Shown here: piece by piece, positions 24,166-33,791 of the stretch
Layout of the letters: each line of letters begins with the position of its first letter
How positions within the stretch are numbered: the first letter of the stretch is position 1
Made by a program: the position numbers and the translations under genes
Virus record (IMG/VR): IMGVR_UViG_3300032225_000852
Location: 1-38,147 of that record
Length of the DNA stretch: 38,147 nt
Origin: a virus
Taxonomy: Duplodnaviria; Caudoviricetes
Strand: one strand, 5' to 3'
The notes under the pieces: model-generated
Seen by the model: the letters and a program-made list of their open reading frames with translations, nothing else
What the model was told of the DNA's origin: nothing
Database searches by the model: none

Positions 24166-24507
24166 TTATCCTACGTTGCGCTCAAAATGAGGGCAATCTA
24201 CGAGTGATTTGAAGTTGCCGCCCCAACGGTTTTTGGGGTGCAAGGACTCCCAGTATGCGCCCAATGGAGCAAGCGTCTCCTTGTCCCAAATTATCGCGCC
24301 ACCCTTGAAGAAGTTCAAGTCGATTGCACAACGTTTGAGGTGAATTGAATTTAAGGTCTTAGAGCGCCCTGTTTTGACGTAAATGGCCTGTTGTTCTGGG
24401 GTGCGTGCTAATTCTCCTCCAGTGACCATAAAGCCCTGCTCTGTGGCGTATTTGATGAGGGAGCAGGCATCCAGCAGGAAGTCGGCTTGTTCTTTGCTGA
24501 GGCTCAT
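24166..24507 (-). CDS. endolysin, peptidase M15 family
   Basis: R..EQQ, S.H....A.D, WGGNF, DCPHFE; start moved to MSLSK (ATGA overlap). Confidence 0.9.
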   Translation of the reverse strand: MSLSKEQADFLLDACSLIKYATEQGFMVTGGELARTPEQQAIYVKTGRSKTLNSIHLKRCAIDLNFFKGGAIIWDKETLAPLGAYWESLHPKNRWGGNFKSLVDCPHFERNVG

Positions 24508-25028
24508 TCTTTGCCTCCTTTGCGCATTTCCATGACCTTCTCGACCGTGCGGCCACCAAAATAAGCCGTCATCACAATGAGGCCCCACTGGCCCAGCAAA
24601 GTTATGTAGGTCTCGCTGATCTTGTAGCCAGCCCCGTCAAGCAGGGCAAACAGCAAGTAGGCGGTGAGGATGTAGACCAGCGTGCCCGGACGCACATTCT
24701 TTGACAACCAAGAGTCGGAAGACATATCAGCCTTCCAACGGTCAGTGACGTTGTTGTCTTGGCTGGCTTGGGCCGCAAGCAAGGCTTTGAGTTCTTCCTG
24801 CTCAAGACGGGCTTTTTCAATGCCCAATTCAAGCAGGCGCTCTTCGTGGTCAAACTGCAACTGGCGCAATTTGCTAACCTCTTCAGGGCTTGGGTTATCG
24901 CTGATCTTCACGCCAAGCGTGTTTTCTACGACTTCTTTGCCCTTTGCTTGAAGCGCAGATGACAAAAGGCCCAGACCATTCTGGGCCAATGTGCCGAGCA
25001 GTGATGCAACGATTGGAATCATGGTCAC
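24504..25028 (-). CDS. holin (GTA 3TM-like)
   Basis: SDSWLSKNVRP, TM segments, YFGGR; adjacent to the endolysin. Confidence 0.8.
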   Translation of the reverse strand: MTMIPIVASLLGTLAQNGLGLLSSALQAKGKEVVENTLGVKISDNPSPEEVSKLRQLQFDHEERLLELGIEKARLEQEELKALLAAQASQDNNVTDRWKADMSSDSWLSKNVRPGTLVYILTAYLLFALLDGAGYKISETYITLLGQWGLIVMTAYFGGRTVEKVMEMRKGGKE

Positions 25029-25480
25029 CCTTTCAATTCAAAACTTAGATTTGCATGACGGGGATATTGCACAACGCGCTCCCCTTCAGGGCATTTGTAT
25101 TTGATGGTCGCCAGCAAAGTTGCTTTACCGCTGGCAATCTTTTCTTTTCTCACCATTGTGAGTTCGTATGTGAACGTGTCAATCTCTGGGCCTGCTGGGC
25201 CACTGAACTTGCTTGCGGTGGTGGTCGCCTCATGCACCATACCAGCCGCATCACGAATGCTTGGGGTAAAACTTTCAACAGAACAGTCGTCCCGTTTTTT
25301 TATTCTTGCAACCGTGACAGTGATTGGCTTGTCAGCCTCTGCCACAATTTTAAAATTCTCTGGAGACCATTCAATGATGGCTCGGTCAAAAAAGCCAAAC
25401 TTGTCAGCAAGTGTGTAACTGCCACCTAGTGCGGCAACACTTGCGGCAATTGCTCCAATGGCTTTAGTGAGGTCAATCAT
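25025..25480 (-). CDS. N-terminally membrane-anchored protein in the lysis cassette
   Basis: Hydrophobic N-terminus, beta-rich domain with two Cys. Confidence 0.7.
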   Translation of the reverse strand: MIDLTKAIGAIAASVAALGGSYTLADKFGFFDRAIIEWSPENFKIVAEADKPITVTVARIKKRDDCSVESFTPSIRDAAGMVHEATTTASKFSGPAGPEIDTFTYELTMVRKEKIASGKATLLATIKYKCPEGERVVQYPRHANLSFELKG

Positions 25481-25695
25481 TAAAGCCCAACTATCTTTCT
25501 GACAAAGTCGGCGGCAACGCCGGGGCCAAGCAACACGGCAAGAATGACTACATAAAGCAGGTACTCAATCCTGTTCATGCGCTTGGAACCGTCGTCAAAA
25601 CGGGCTTGAATACTCTCGTATCGTTGAGCGCAAATTGCCTCGTGAACACTTAAACGCTTGTCGGTTTCAGTGGCAAGTTCGTGAATCTGTTCCAT
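25480..25695 (-). CDS. small coiled-coil + TM protein (XhlA/holin-like)
   Basis: HEAICAQRY motif, coiled coil, C-terminal TM helix. Confidence 0.7.
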   Translation of the reverse strand: MEQIHELATETDKRLSVHEAICAQRYESIQARFDDGSKRMNRIEYLLYVVILAVLLGPGVAADFVRKIVGL

Positions 25696-25717
25696 TGGTC
25701 AATTTCCGCTCAAAATT

Positions 25718-25879
25718 TTATTCAGCCGCTGGTTCTTCTGCCGCAACAGGTTGCGCGCCTTGCTTGGCGGCTTCTTGTTGGACAGCTTGAATCAAGCCTG
25801 CAACTTCAGCAAAAGGGCGAGTGCCCAAGTACTGCAAAATGCCATTGATTAAATTTGTGCTCAGTTTGATTTCATCCAT
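25718..25879 (-). CDS. small protein (53 aa; MDEIKLSTNLINGILQYLGTRPFAEVAGLIQAVQQEA...)
   Basis: Translated by hand; GGAG upstream; fills the gap; below the ORF track cut-off. Confidence 0.8.
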   Translation of the reverse strand: MDEIKLSTNLINGILQYLGTRPFAEVAGLIQAVQQEAAKQGAQPVAAEEPAAE

Positions 25880-25934
25880 TTTTCATCTCCATGAAATTTG
25901 CCACCAGAGTAGGGTGGTGGCGTCCCTTTTTCTA

Positions 25935-26267
25935 TTATGCCGAAGCCCAAGGCAAAGGTGTATTTTGAGGTGACACAGGTGGGGTCAAAATTGAATTAAT
26001 TTGCCCTTGCACGCAGGCTTCATAGTTGGCAACCCCTTGCTCACCTAGATTGTCTTGCACCCAACCAATTACAGTTGCTTGGGTCAATTGGTTATAGGGA
26101 ATAAAAGTGCTTGACTGATTGCTGTCAAACATGGTACTTCCTTCAACCGATGCAGTGGTCGTGCCATCCACGCCAGTCAAAGTCCACAGCACGTTGACCA
26201 CATAGTTGGGGTCAGGTTGCTGTACGGTGTACATATTGTTGATTGTCCATGTGAAGGTGGTCATCAT
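25935..26267 (-). CDS. tail-fibre-associated protein (paralog 1)
   Basis: V.W.LTG...FIPY..LT...V.GW...PLPW. Confidence 0.75.
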   Translation of the reverse strand: MMTTFTWTINNMYTVQQPDPNYVVNVLWTLTGVDGTTTASVEGSTMFDSNQSSTFIPYNQLTQATVIGWVQDNLGEQGVANYEACVQGQINSILTPPVSPQNTPLPWASA

Positions 26268-26590
26268 TTGCTCCAAGGTAAAGGTTTGCTTGTGGGTTGT
26301 TGCACATCAAAGGCATTGAGTTGCTGGCTCAGAGAAAGTTTAAATGACTCCATGACAGGTTCGGCGTTAATCCAGCCCAGCACAGTATCGTTATTCAAAC
26401 TGCCAAAAGCCACAAAGCCGTCTGACACTTTATTTACCGCAGGGTCAAACAAAAACAACGGCCCTTCCATAGAAACAGAGTTTCCATTCCGCGTTGCAGT
26501 TAGTTTCCAATGAACCCGCTCAACAATGTCACTTACGCCTTGGGCGCTGATAACATCAAGTTTTGTCACTTCAAGTGTGTAATCAGTCAT
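26264..26590 (-). CDS. tail-fibre-associated protein (paralog 2)
   Basis: VHWKLTA...FVAF..L....V.GW...PLPW. Confidence 0.75.
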   Translation of the reverse strand: MTDYTLEVTKLDVISAQGVSDIVERVHWKLTATRNGNSVSMEGPLFLFDPAVNKVSDGFVAFGSLNNDTVLGWINAEPVMESFKLSLSQQLNAFDVQQPTSKPLPWSK

Positions 26591-26598
26591 GTCAATCC

Positions 26599-29595
26599 TT
26601 AATTAAAATTTTCTGGCGTTCTGCTCAAAACAATTGTCGCGTTGCCGTCCAATTGCCATTCCTCAACGGTTGCGTAGTATTGGCAATAGTTGCCGCTACG
26701 ACTTGCAGAAAACTGCAATGTTGCAGTGCTACCAACAACGCTCCACGCAATTGTCATGCTTGTTAAGCCGCCATTCCAAGCCACTGACGTATAGTTGTCC
26801 TGCGCAAAAGCAGAAACATAATTACCCGTTAGCGAATTGCAATCAATGTAGGCATAAGCGACCATCGTGTTGCCATAGTTGTTCACAGCAGAAACGGCAC
26901 GAACAGTAACTTTAAATCCAGCCCTGTTGTTACCTCCATACTGAGTCACGGTTGCCAATGTAGCGTTTACAGGGTTGGCTGTACCACCGTTTATGCTCTT
27001 TCCAGTTATGCACTGGTGACGATAAGTTGAGGCGTACATCTCAAGTTGGCCTCTTTGAGCGCCAGCACCGTTGAGATAAGTCACGTTTGCACCACCATCA
27101 GACAAAATCACGTTTGTGTCTTCTGTCCTAACGTCATAAACACCAGTTCCGCTATACCCGCCAATGATGGTGTTGTATGAGCCAGTCGTCATCTCACGGG
27201 CGTTAGACAAACTGGATGTCCTCTGACCGACATAGCAGTTGTATGAGCCAGTGCTGTTGTAGCCAGAGCGCCATCCAACGTGCAAGTTTGAACTGCCTGT
27301 GCTAAGTTGTCCAGCATTAGTTCCAAGGTATGTGTTCTGTGAACCTGAAGCAATGCTGAACCCTGCTTGGTAGCCCAAAACTGTATTGTCATTACCAGTC
27401 ACTGGCGTGCCGTTACCAAAAGCACTTGAACCAACCGCAGTATTGTTTGTACCAGTTGAAAGGTATTGAAGTGCATTTGCTCCAAAAGCCGTGTTGTTGG
27501 CTCCAGAAGCAGAACCATTGATGCCGTTCAATGCATACCAACCGACTGCCGTATTGAAAGTTCCAGTGGCGTATTGCTGGCTGAAAGCGCCAACAGAAGT
27601 TGAGTAGGTTCCGCTGACGTTGACGGATTGTGATGCGTTGCCAATCGCAACGTTGTAGTCACCCGTGTATGTACTGAGGCTGGTTGCGCCAAGACCAATA
27701 ATGTAAGTTCCAGACTGGTTTACATAACCAGCGCGATAGCCAAGCAGGATGTTGCCACCACCAGTTGTCAATGCTTCACCAGCAGATGTTCCGAGCAGTA
27801 AGTTGTTGCCGCCAGAAGATAAGCGATACCCAGCGGAGTCACCAATTGAAACGTTCTGACCACCTGAGACAAGATTGACATAACCGCCAGCGCGGTTACC
27901 AACGGCAATGTTGTTGCCGCCACCTTGAATGTTGAAGCCAGCCTGATAGCCGATACCCACGTTGCCGCTTGCAGTCACAGACTGAAGTGCGTTTGTACCA
28001 ACGGCGGTGTTGTTTGCCCCGCTTACGTTATAGAACAAGGAGTCACCACCAACAACCACGTTACCGGCACCGCCTTGGGTTGCATAGCCAGCACGATGAC
28101 CAAGGAATACTTGGTAATTTCCGCTGGTGTTGGTGTAACCAGCGCGGTAACCCAGTGCAACGTTAGAGTCAGCAGTGTTTGCAACTAAAGCCTCGTTACC
28201 AACAGCAACGCAATTGGCTGAAGTTGTACCCGTTTGAAGCGCGGCAGAACCGATGGCAACGTTGCTACTGCCAGACTGGTTGTAGAAGAACGCATCAATA
28301 CCGATGGCAACGTTACCAGTACCTGTTAACTGCCTGTTGGCGGTACGGTAGCCTAAGAACACACCAGTGCCAGAAGTCAAACCTGCGGCGGCTTGGTAGC
28401 CCACTGCTACGGTGCTGTTGTATGTAGATGCCCCACTACTACCAACACCCGCGCCAGCGCCAAAAATAACGTTGTTACTGCCGAGGTTGTAAAAACCTGC
28501 TTGGTATCCACCATACAAGTTGTTTGAGCCAGTGACTTGGCTGTAACCCGCCTGATATCCAAGCGCAGAATTGTTCCCTGCATTATTCAAAGTACCAAGC
28601 GCCGATGTACCAATGGCAGTGTTTGCATCGCCAACAGTCAGAGAGCCAAGAGCCGAAGGACGTACTCCCTCCTCACCGCCGCCAACCGCAACGTTGTATG
28701 AAGCGGCGGCAATAACACGGAGAGTATTGTTGCCCACAGCAACGTTGTTTTGTCCTGTTGCGCCATTGGCGGAAAAACCCATTGCGTAAAGACCAATAGC
28801 GGTATTGGCAGTGCCAGTAGAAAAATTGCGACCTGCAAAATAACCCACCATTGTGTTGTTGTCGTTAGTGGCGTAGTAGCCTGCTTGGTATCCGACAGCA
28901 ACGCTGTTATCTACCGCAGTTCCTGTGTACAAGGCTTCACGACCAATCGCCACGTTCTGCGTACCAGTCAAGTTGTTGTACATGGGGCGGTAATCACCAA
29001 TCGCCGTATTGTTTCCACCAGTTGATGTGTTTGCAAGGGCTTGGTAGCCCATACCGAGGTTGGGGCCTGCCGTTGCAAGGTTCAAAGCCTGATAGCCAAC
29101 TGCTGTCAGCCACTGACCAGACGAGTTTGTTGCAAGAGCGCCGTTGCCCAATACAGTGTTTTCAGACACCGCGCCAGCACCACGACCAACACGAACACCG
29201 TAAACAGTCAAGTCAGCACCCGCATACAGCAAGTTGGCAGAGTCAGTCAACTCACCAGAAGTCGTGGCGTAAGGAACGCGACCAGATGTCAAAGCGGAAT
29301 CAAGGAAACCAGCGACAGTCAATTTGGTTCCGTTGAATGTCATGTTGGCAGAACCAGCCAACACACCAGAACTGTTGTACTGCACCTGAGTGTTGGAGCC
29401 GCCTGCGGGACTACCGCTAGAACTTGCCAGCAACGTCACCACGCCAGAACTGTTCTTGTAGTACAGCTTGCCGTCGGCATAATTGAGTGCCAATTCAGCG
29501 CCCGATGCACTGCTTGTCATGTTTGCCGCCAAGGGCACGTTTGAAGCAGTGCCGCTTGCGTAGATCAGGATCGGGGTGTATCCACTTTGTGCCAT
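26599..29595 (-). CDS. tail fibre / receptor-binding protein with YadA-head-like beta-roll repeats
   Basis: N-terminal ELALNYADGKLYYK; dozens of N-x-A-[VI]-G-Y-x-A repeats. Confidence 0.85.
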   Translation of the reverse strand: MAQSGYTPILIYASGTASNVPLAANMTSSASGAELALNYADGKLYYKNSSGVVTLLASSSGSPAGGSNTQVQYNSSGVLAGSANMTFNGTKLTVAGFLDSALTSGRVPYATTSGELTDSANLLYAGADLTVYGVRVGRGAGAVSENTVLGNGALATNSSGQWLTAVGYQALNLATAGPNLGMGYQALANTSTGGNNTAIGDYRPMYNNLTGTQNVAIGREALYTGTAVDNSVAVGYQAGYYATNDNNTMVGYFAGRNFSTGTANTAIGLYAMGFSANGATGQNNVAVGNNTLRVIAAASYNVAVGGGEEGVRPSALGSLTVGDANTAIGTSALGTLNNAGNNSALGYQAGYSQVTGSNNLYGGYQAGFYNLGSNNVIFGAGAGVGSSGASTYNSTVAVGYQAAAGLTSGTGVFLGYRTANRQLTGTGNVAIGIDAFFYNQSGSSNVAIGSAALQTGTTSANCVAVGNEALVANTADSNVALGYRAGYTNTSGNYQVFLGHRAGYATQGGAGNVVVGGDSLFYNVSGANNTAVGTNALQSVTASGNVGIGYQAGFNIQGGGNNIAVGNRAGGYVNLVSGGQNVSIGDSAGYRLSSGGNNLLLGTSAGEALTTGGGNILLGYRAGYVNQSGTYIIGLGATSLSTYTGDYNVAIGNASQSVNVSGTYSTSVGAFSQQYATGTFNTAVGWYALNGINGSASGANNTAFGANALQYLSTGTNNTAVGSSAFGNGTPVTGNDNTVLGYQAGFSIASGSQNTYLGTNAGQLSTGSSNLHVGWRSGYNSTGSYNCYVGQRTSSLSNAREMTTGSYNTIIGGYSGTGVYDVRTEDTNVILSDGGANVTYLNGAGAQRGQLEMYASTYRHQCITGKSINGGTANPVNATLATVTQYGGNNRAGFKVTVRAVSAVNNYGNTMVAYAYIDCNSLTGNYVSAFAQDNYTSVAWNGGLTSMTIAWSVVGSTATLQFSASRSGNYCQYYATVEEWQLDGNATIVLSRTPENFN

Positions 29596-29604
29596 GTTTT
29601 TTCC

Positions 29605-31872
29605 TTAGAAAGCGCCGCCAGCAATACCACCTGTGATGGTGCCATTTGCGGCGTTTGCGGTTATCGACGAGTTTACCAATTGTGGGAGATTTCCGGAAGT
29701 CGCAGTTACAAAAGTCAAGTAGTTTGTCGCACCGCTTGATGCGGCCGTAATTGCGGTGTTCGTTGCATTTGTCGCCGTTCCAGCGGTCGCCGCATTTAAG
29801 TTTGCAACTTGCGTTGTGCTTGCCACGGTAAACGGCGCAGTGCCAGTTGCAACGGTCGATGTGATGACACCAGACGCTGAGATAGTGGTAAATGCGCCTG
29901 TTGTTGGCGTTGTCGCACCCACAGTACCATTGATGTTAATTGAGGCAGTTCCAGTCAGGTTGGTGACTGTGCCACTGCTTGGTGTACCCAAGGCACCACC
30001 GTTGACCACAAAAGCGCCAGCGGTGCCCACAGCAACGCCAAGAGCAGTCGCCACACCAGTACCCAGACCAGTGATTGAACCAACCGCTGGAGTGATTGTT
30101 GTGTTTCCAGCTAAGGTCAGTTGACCTTGTGCATTAACAGTAAACGTACCAACTTGCGTTGCGGAGCCATACGAGGTGGCAGTTACGGCAGTATTTGTGA
30201 TGCTGAACGTTGTCCCTGTCAGCGTCAAACCAGTGCCAGCGGAGTAAGTTCCAACACCAGCAAATTGAACCCAAGTAATAGCGGTAACGCCTATTGTTCC
30301 ACCTGCATTGGAAGTACATACCCAACCTGTATCAGCCCAAGTGGTTCCTTGTTCAATAAAAGTAAACGCTCCGGGAACTTCTGCCCATGTGTCCATGTCT
30401 GTTGCGCGAGTCCAAGCACTTGCCGCTACAACGTAAATTCCATTATCAGCAGAAGCGGTTTGATTTTTAACCAAACACCTATCACCCGCAATCAACGCAA
30501 CACCATCAACAGTTTGCGTTCCAGACAACGTGATATTTACCGTTGTTGCCGCTACGCAAGATGCCTTGGGGTCTAATCCTTGAGCCACAGAATCTACATA
30601 CTGTTTAGTCGCTAATTGCAATGCAGACACAGGATCTTGAGTTACAGCAACAGAGGTCAATCCACCCAAGGTAAGGCTTGATGCGCCTAAAGCAATTGCG
30701 GTAGTGCCAACAGTTACGGAAGAGTTGGTCAGACTTGCGTTGGCAATGTTGGTCAGCGTGTTGCTTGAACCGCTGATTGTTTTGTTGGTCAAAGTCTGGG
30801 TACCACTTAATGTGGCCACAGTTGAGTCAATTGCAATCGTTACAGCGGCAGAACCGTTGTAGCTGGTGCCAGTCAAACCAGTACCTATGGTCAAAGCATT
30901 TGGGCTGGCCGCAGTAATTGTTCCAGACGCGCCCAAGGCCACAGTTACACCGTTGTAGGTTACCGAACTGTTGGCCAAGCCAGCATTTGGTATTGTGGTG
31001 GATGCAGTCATCAAGCCCGTGCCGTTGCCGTACACGTAGCCTGTCAATGTTGATGCGCCAGTGCCGCCACTTGAAACATTTAAGATGCCAGACAATGTCA
31101 CAGCACCAGTGGTATCTGTGCTTGGGCTAAAACCTGTTGAGCCTGCGCTAAAAGATGTCACGCCGCCAGTCAAAGAAAATTGATTCCAGCCTGTGTTGGT
31201 AAAACCTTCAAATTGTTGAAGGCTGGTGTTGTATCGGAATGCGCCAAAACTGCCAGTCCTCTGACCGCCCGTTCCATTGGGTACCGTGATACTTCCCGTG
31301 CCGGGAATGATGGGGTTGCTGGCAATTGAAATGACCGGGTTGGCCGCTCCATCACCATTGGCAATACTAATCTGATTAGTAGTACCTTGTAGTGTAATTT
31401 TGGCCGGCACACCACTTTGCAGGGCCAGCAGACCTGTACCAGTTTGGGACACCAGTTGTTGCAAAAAAGTGCCCAAAGCAATTGTAGGGTTGCCAGAGAC
31501 GCCGTCGGCGTTGGTGACACCCAAGCCTGCACCAACCGCAATTGAGCGCGCTGTGACCGTATTTGACCCCGTCTTGACCTGTATTCCGGTGCCGCTGGAA
31601 TTTAAAGACAACGCCGCACCAATCAAATTGACCTGAAGCGTGCCTTGGGCACCGTTATCGGTCAGCGAAAGGCCTCCATTGGTTGATATGTAGCGCGATT
31701 GAGTCAAACCAGCCGTTTGGCCAACAGTCAGAAACGGGTAATTCAAAGCACCAGCACCAGCAATTGCGCTCGTGGTGGTCTGAACCGTCTGACCGTTTTG
31801 GACGATGGGTACTGATTCAGCGCCAGTTAAAGCCGCCGCCTGTGGTAATTGTGTAATTGTTACTTGTGCCAT
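29605..31872 (-). CDS. tail fibre-like structural protein
   Basis: Start moved to MAQVTITQLP; FRYNT...FEG, GGTGA, TQTLTNKTI, ATKQYVD, GDRCLVKNQT...NGIY motifs. Confidence 0.8.
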   Translation of the reverse strand: MAQVTITQLPQAAALTGAESVPIVQNGQTVQTTTSAIAGAGALNYPFLTVGQTAGLTQSRYISTNGGLSLTDNGAQGTLQVNLIGAALSLNSSGTGIQVKTGSNTVTARSIAVGAGLGVTNADGVSGNPTIALGTFLQQLVSQTGTGLLALQSGVPAKITLQGTTNQISIANGDGAANPVISIASNPIIPGTGSITVPNGTGGQRTGSFGAFRYNTSLQQFEGFTNTGWNQFSLTGGVTSFSAGSTGFSPSTDTTGAVTLSGILNVSSGGTGASTLTGYVYGNGTGLMTASTTIPNAGLANSSVTYNGVTVALGASGTITAASPNALTIGTGLTGTSYNGSAAVTIAIDSTVATLSGTQTLTNKTISGSSNTLTNIANASLTNSSVTVGTTAIALGASSLTLGGLTSVAVTQDPVSALQLATKQYVDSVAQGLDPKASCVAATTVNITLSGTQTVDGVALIAGDRCLVKNQTASADNGIYVVAASAWTRATDMDTWAEVPGAFTFIEQGTTWADTGWVCTSNAGGTIGVTAITWVQFAGVGTYSAGTGLTLTGTTFSITNTAVTATSYGSATQVGTFTVNAQGQLTLAGNTTITPAVGSITGLGTGVATALGVAVGTAGAFVVNGGALGTPSSGTVTNLTGTASININGTVGATTPTTGAFTTISASGVITSTVATGTAPFTVASTTQVANLNAATAGTATNATNTAITAASSGATNYLTFVTATSGNLPQLVNSSITANAANGTITGGIAGGAF

Positions 31873-31873
31873 A

Positions 31874-32242
31874 TCAGTTACTCGGTGTGATGGTGTCAGT
31901 GTTGCCGTTTTGTAGCGGTATGGTGGTGCCATTTTCAGTGCTGATATACACCTCGGTCGGGTTGCCACCGGGAATATTTGTGCCTGTTGGTGTCAACACC
32001 AGACCATCATCGCTTGTCGCAACGCTAACATCGGGTCGAGGAAATTGCAAAGCGATACGCTCTGTCTTGCGTGCCGGCAAACGGTATGGGTCTTTTTGAT
32101 CCGCGCAACCTTGTTGACACACCTTTAGACCCGGAAAGTTTGGGTCTGGCATTGCTTCTATGATTGCGCGCTTCATGCGACAACGGTCGCAAATGAAGAT
32201 TGCGATTATTGCATTGCCTTCGGTGTTTAAAAAACGAGGCAT
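31874..32242 (-). CDS. hypothetical protein with Zn-finger-like CDRC...C...C motif
   Basis: CDRC, GLKVC, DPY and PRPD motifs. Confidence 0.75.
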   Translation of the reverse strand: MPRFLNTEGNAIIAIFICDRCRMKRAIIEAMPDPNFPGLKVCQQGCADQKDPYRLPARKTERIALQFPRPDVSVATSDDGLVLTPTGTNIPGGNPTEVYISTENGTTIPLQNGNTDTITPSN

Positions 32243-32245
32243 GCG

Positions 32246-33304
32246 TTACCTCGTGTACACGGAAATATTTGGAGCGTAGTAGATCGGCGATCTGTCGCGG
32301 TTTTCGTTCTCAGCCATGGTGAAGTACTTGTCGGCTTGGCCTTCAAGGTACTGGATGCGCATCAAATCAACGCCGGGCAGGATCAGGCTCATCTGGTGAG
32401 CCAGCATCAACTGGATCGCCTGATAAAAATATTGAGGGATTTCCAATTCGTCGTACAAGTCACCCACGTCCATCACTTGGCGTGAGTACCAAATTGTCAT
32501 TTGCACAAACGGATCGGACGGGGCTGGCCACAGCACAATTGTTGACTGTGGCAATGTGCGGTTGAACCAATACTGATATGGCTGGTTGGCCGTAAAGTTC
32601 TTGTTGGGCAGGTTGGTGTAGTCGTCACGGTTCAAACGAGCCATGGTGACTTCGGTCGAATTGTTGCCAACAAAGAACTCACGCACGGCCAGAGTGTTGC
32701 CACCTGTCTCGCGCATCCGGTAGTACTGCACATTGGCACCCGGATCGATGTCGTACCACAACCACTCGTTGTCCACCCATGTCTCGACGCCCGTGTCTTC
32801 TAACAATTTCCATGTTGATCCGTCGGTCGAATACTCCAACAAAATGTGGAATGAACCACTCGTGCCCGGCAAGATGCCAATTGAGCCGGCATAGATTGGA
32901 TTGTTGGTGCCGTAGTTGATCGAGATGTTGCCGTTGATGGCAGTCTGCACATCAATTGTGTTGATGTTGCCATCGGTTGCGTTGGCGGCTATGCCAGACG
33001 ATGCAGAGACAGCACCAGAGGGTCGGTTTAACGTGCGATACAGCGCGTTTAATACATCGTTGCCACCTAAGGGTAGCAAATACTCATATTGGTCTGCCTT
33101 GAGGCCATAGACCTTCTTGCTGATGCACCAGTAATTGATACCTTGGTTGATCAGGTTCGACAGAATGAAAAACAAGGCTTGTTTGGAGCCTTGGACTTGC
33201 TCAACAGTTAATTCTTCGGCGAGTTTGCCCGACATCCGGGCCCCTTGGTCGATGAATTTCTGTACTGAGACTACTGTCTGTCCAACGGTTCCGCTGTAAG
33301 CCAT
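32246..33304 (-). CDS. putative head-tail connector with inserted discoidin-like domain
   Basis: N.GINYW, R.DY.NLPNK, LWPAP; central LEYSTDGSTW...YYR module. Confidence 0.65.
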   Translation of the reverse strand: MAYSGTVGQTVVSVQKFIDQGARMSGKLAEELTVEQVQGSKQALFFILSNLINQGINYWCISKKVYGLKADQYEYLLPLGGNDVLNALYRTLNRPSGAVSASSGIAANATDGNINTIDVQTAINGNISINYGTNNPIYAGSIGILPGTSGSFHILLEYSTDGSTWKLLEDTGVETWVDNEWLWYDIDPGANVQYYRMRETGGNTLAVREFFVGNNSTEVTMARLNRDDYTNLPNKNFTANQPYQYWFNRTLPQSTIVLWPAPSDPFVQMTIWYSRQVMDVGDLYDELEIPQYFYQAIQLMLAHQMSLILPGVDLMRIQYLEGQADKYFTMAENENRDRSPIYYAPNISVYTR

Positions 33305-33312
33305 TGTTTACC

Positions 33313-33780
33313 TCACCAGCAATTTTTGTTTTTTGAACTTTTTTCGTGCGTCGATATCTTGCAATCTTTCAGATTGATCTTGCCGCCTTTTGCGTAAGAG
33401 TTATCTGACTTGGCCATCCTGATTCTTGAACCCAAATTCCCCAACTCGTAAGACACATCACGAGCACGACGTTCATCAGGGGTCATGTTTTGATCTCGAT
33501 CAGCGTATTGGTAGTTTTTGCCTTTTTCGTAAATGGAGGACAACTCAGCATGGCGCTTTTCAAGATTTGGAAGATCAGCCTTGTCTTTTGCACGGCTTTC
33601 TGCACGGGCTTTTTCGTTGCGTGCTTTTACGTCAGCCATGGACTTTTGCTTGAATGCTTCACGTTCAGCTTTGGCCTGCTCAGGAGTTAACCTTGGCGTC
33701 TTGCCGCTGAAGACATCCTCCATTTTTTTGAGGGCCTCTTGAATTGCTTTTTTTGTCGCCGGACTTGATTCGAGCATCAT
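33313..33780 (-). CDS. basic helical protein with YAKGG motif (putative internal head protein)
   Basis: Start moved to MMLESS (AAGGA RBS). Confidence 0.7.
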   Translation of the reverse strand: MMLESSPATKKAIQEALKKMEDVFSGKTPRLTPEQAKAEREAFKQKSMADVKARNEKARAESRAKDKADLPNLEKRHAELSSIYEKGKNYQYADRDQNMTPDERRARDVSYELGNLGSRIRMAKSDNSYAKGGKINLKDCKISTHEKSSKNKNCW

Positions 33781-33791
33781 AATTTTTTCCT

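Noticed and set aside
26599-29595. Diversity-generating retroelement or invertase acting on the fibre
   Set aside because: No reverse transcriptase, recombinase, or template/variable repeat pair was seen in the window.
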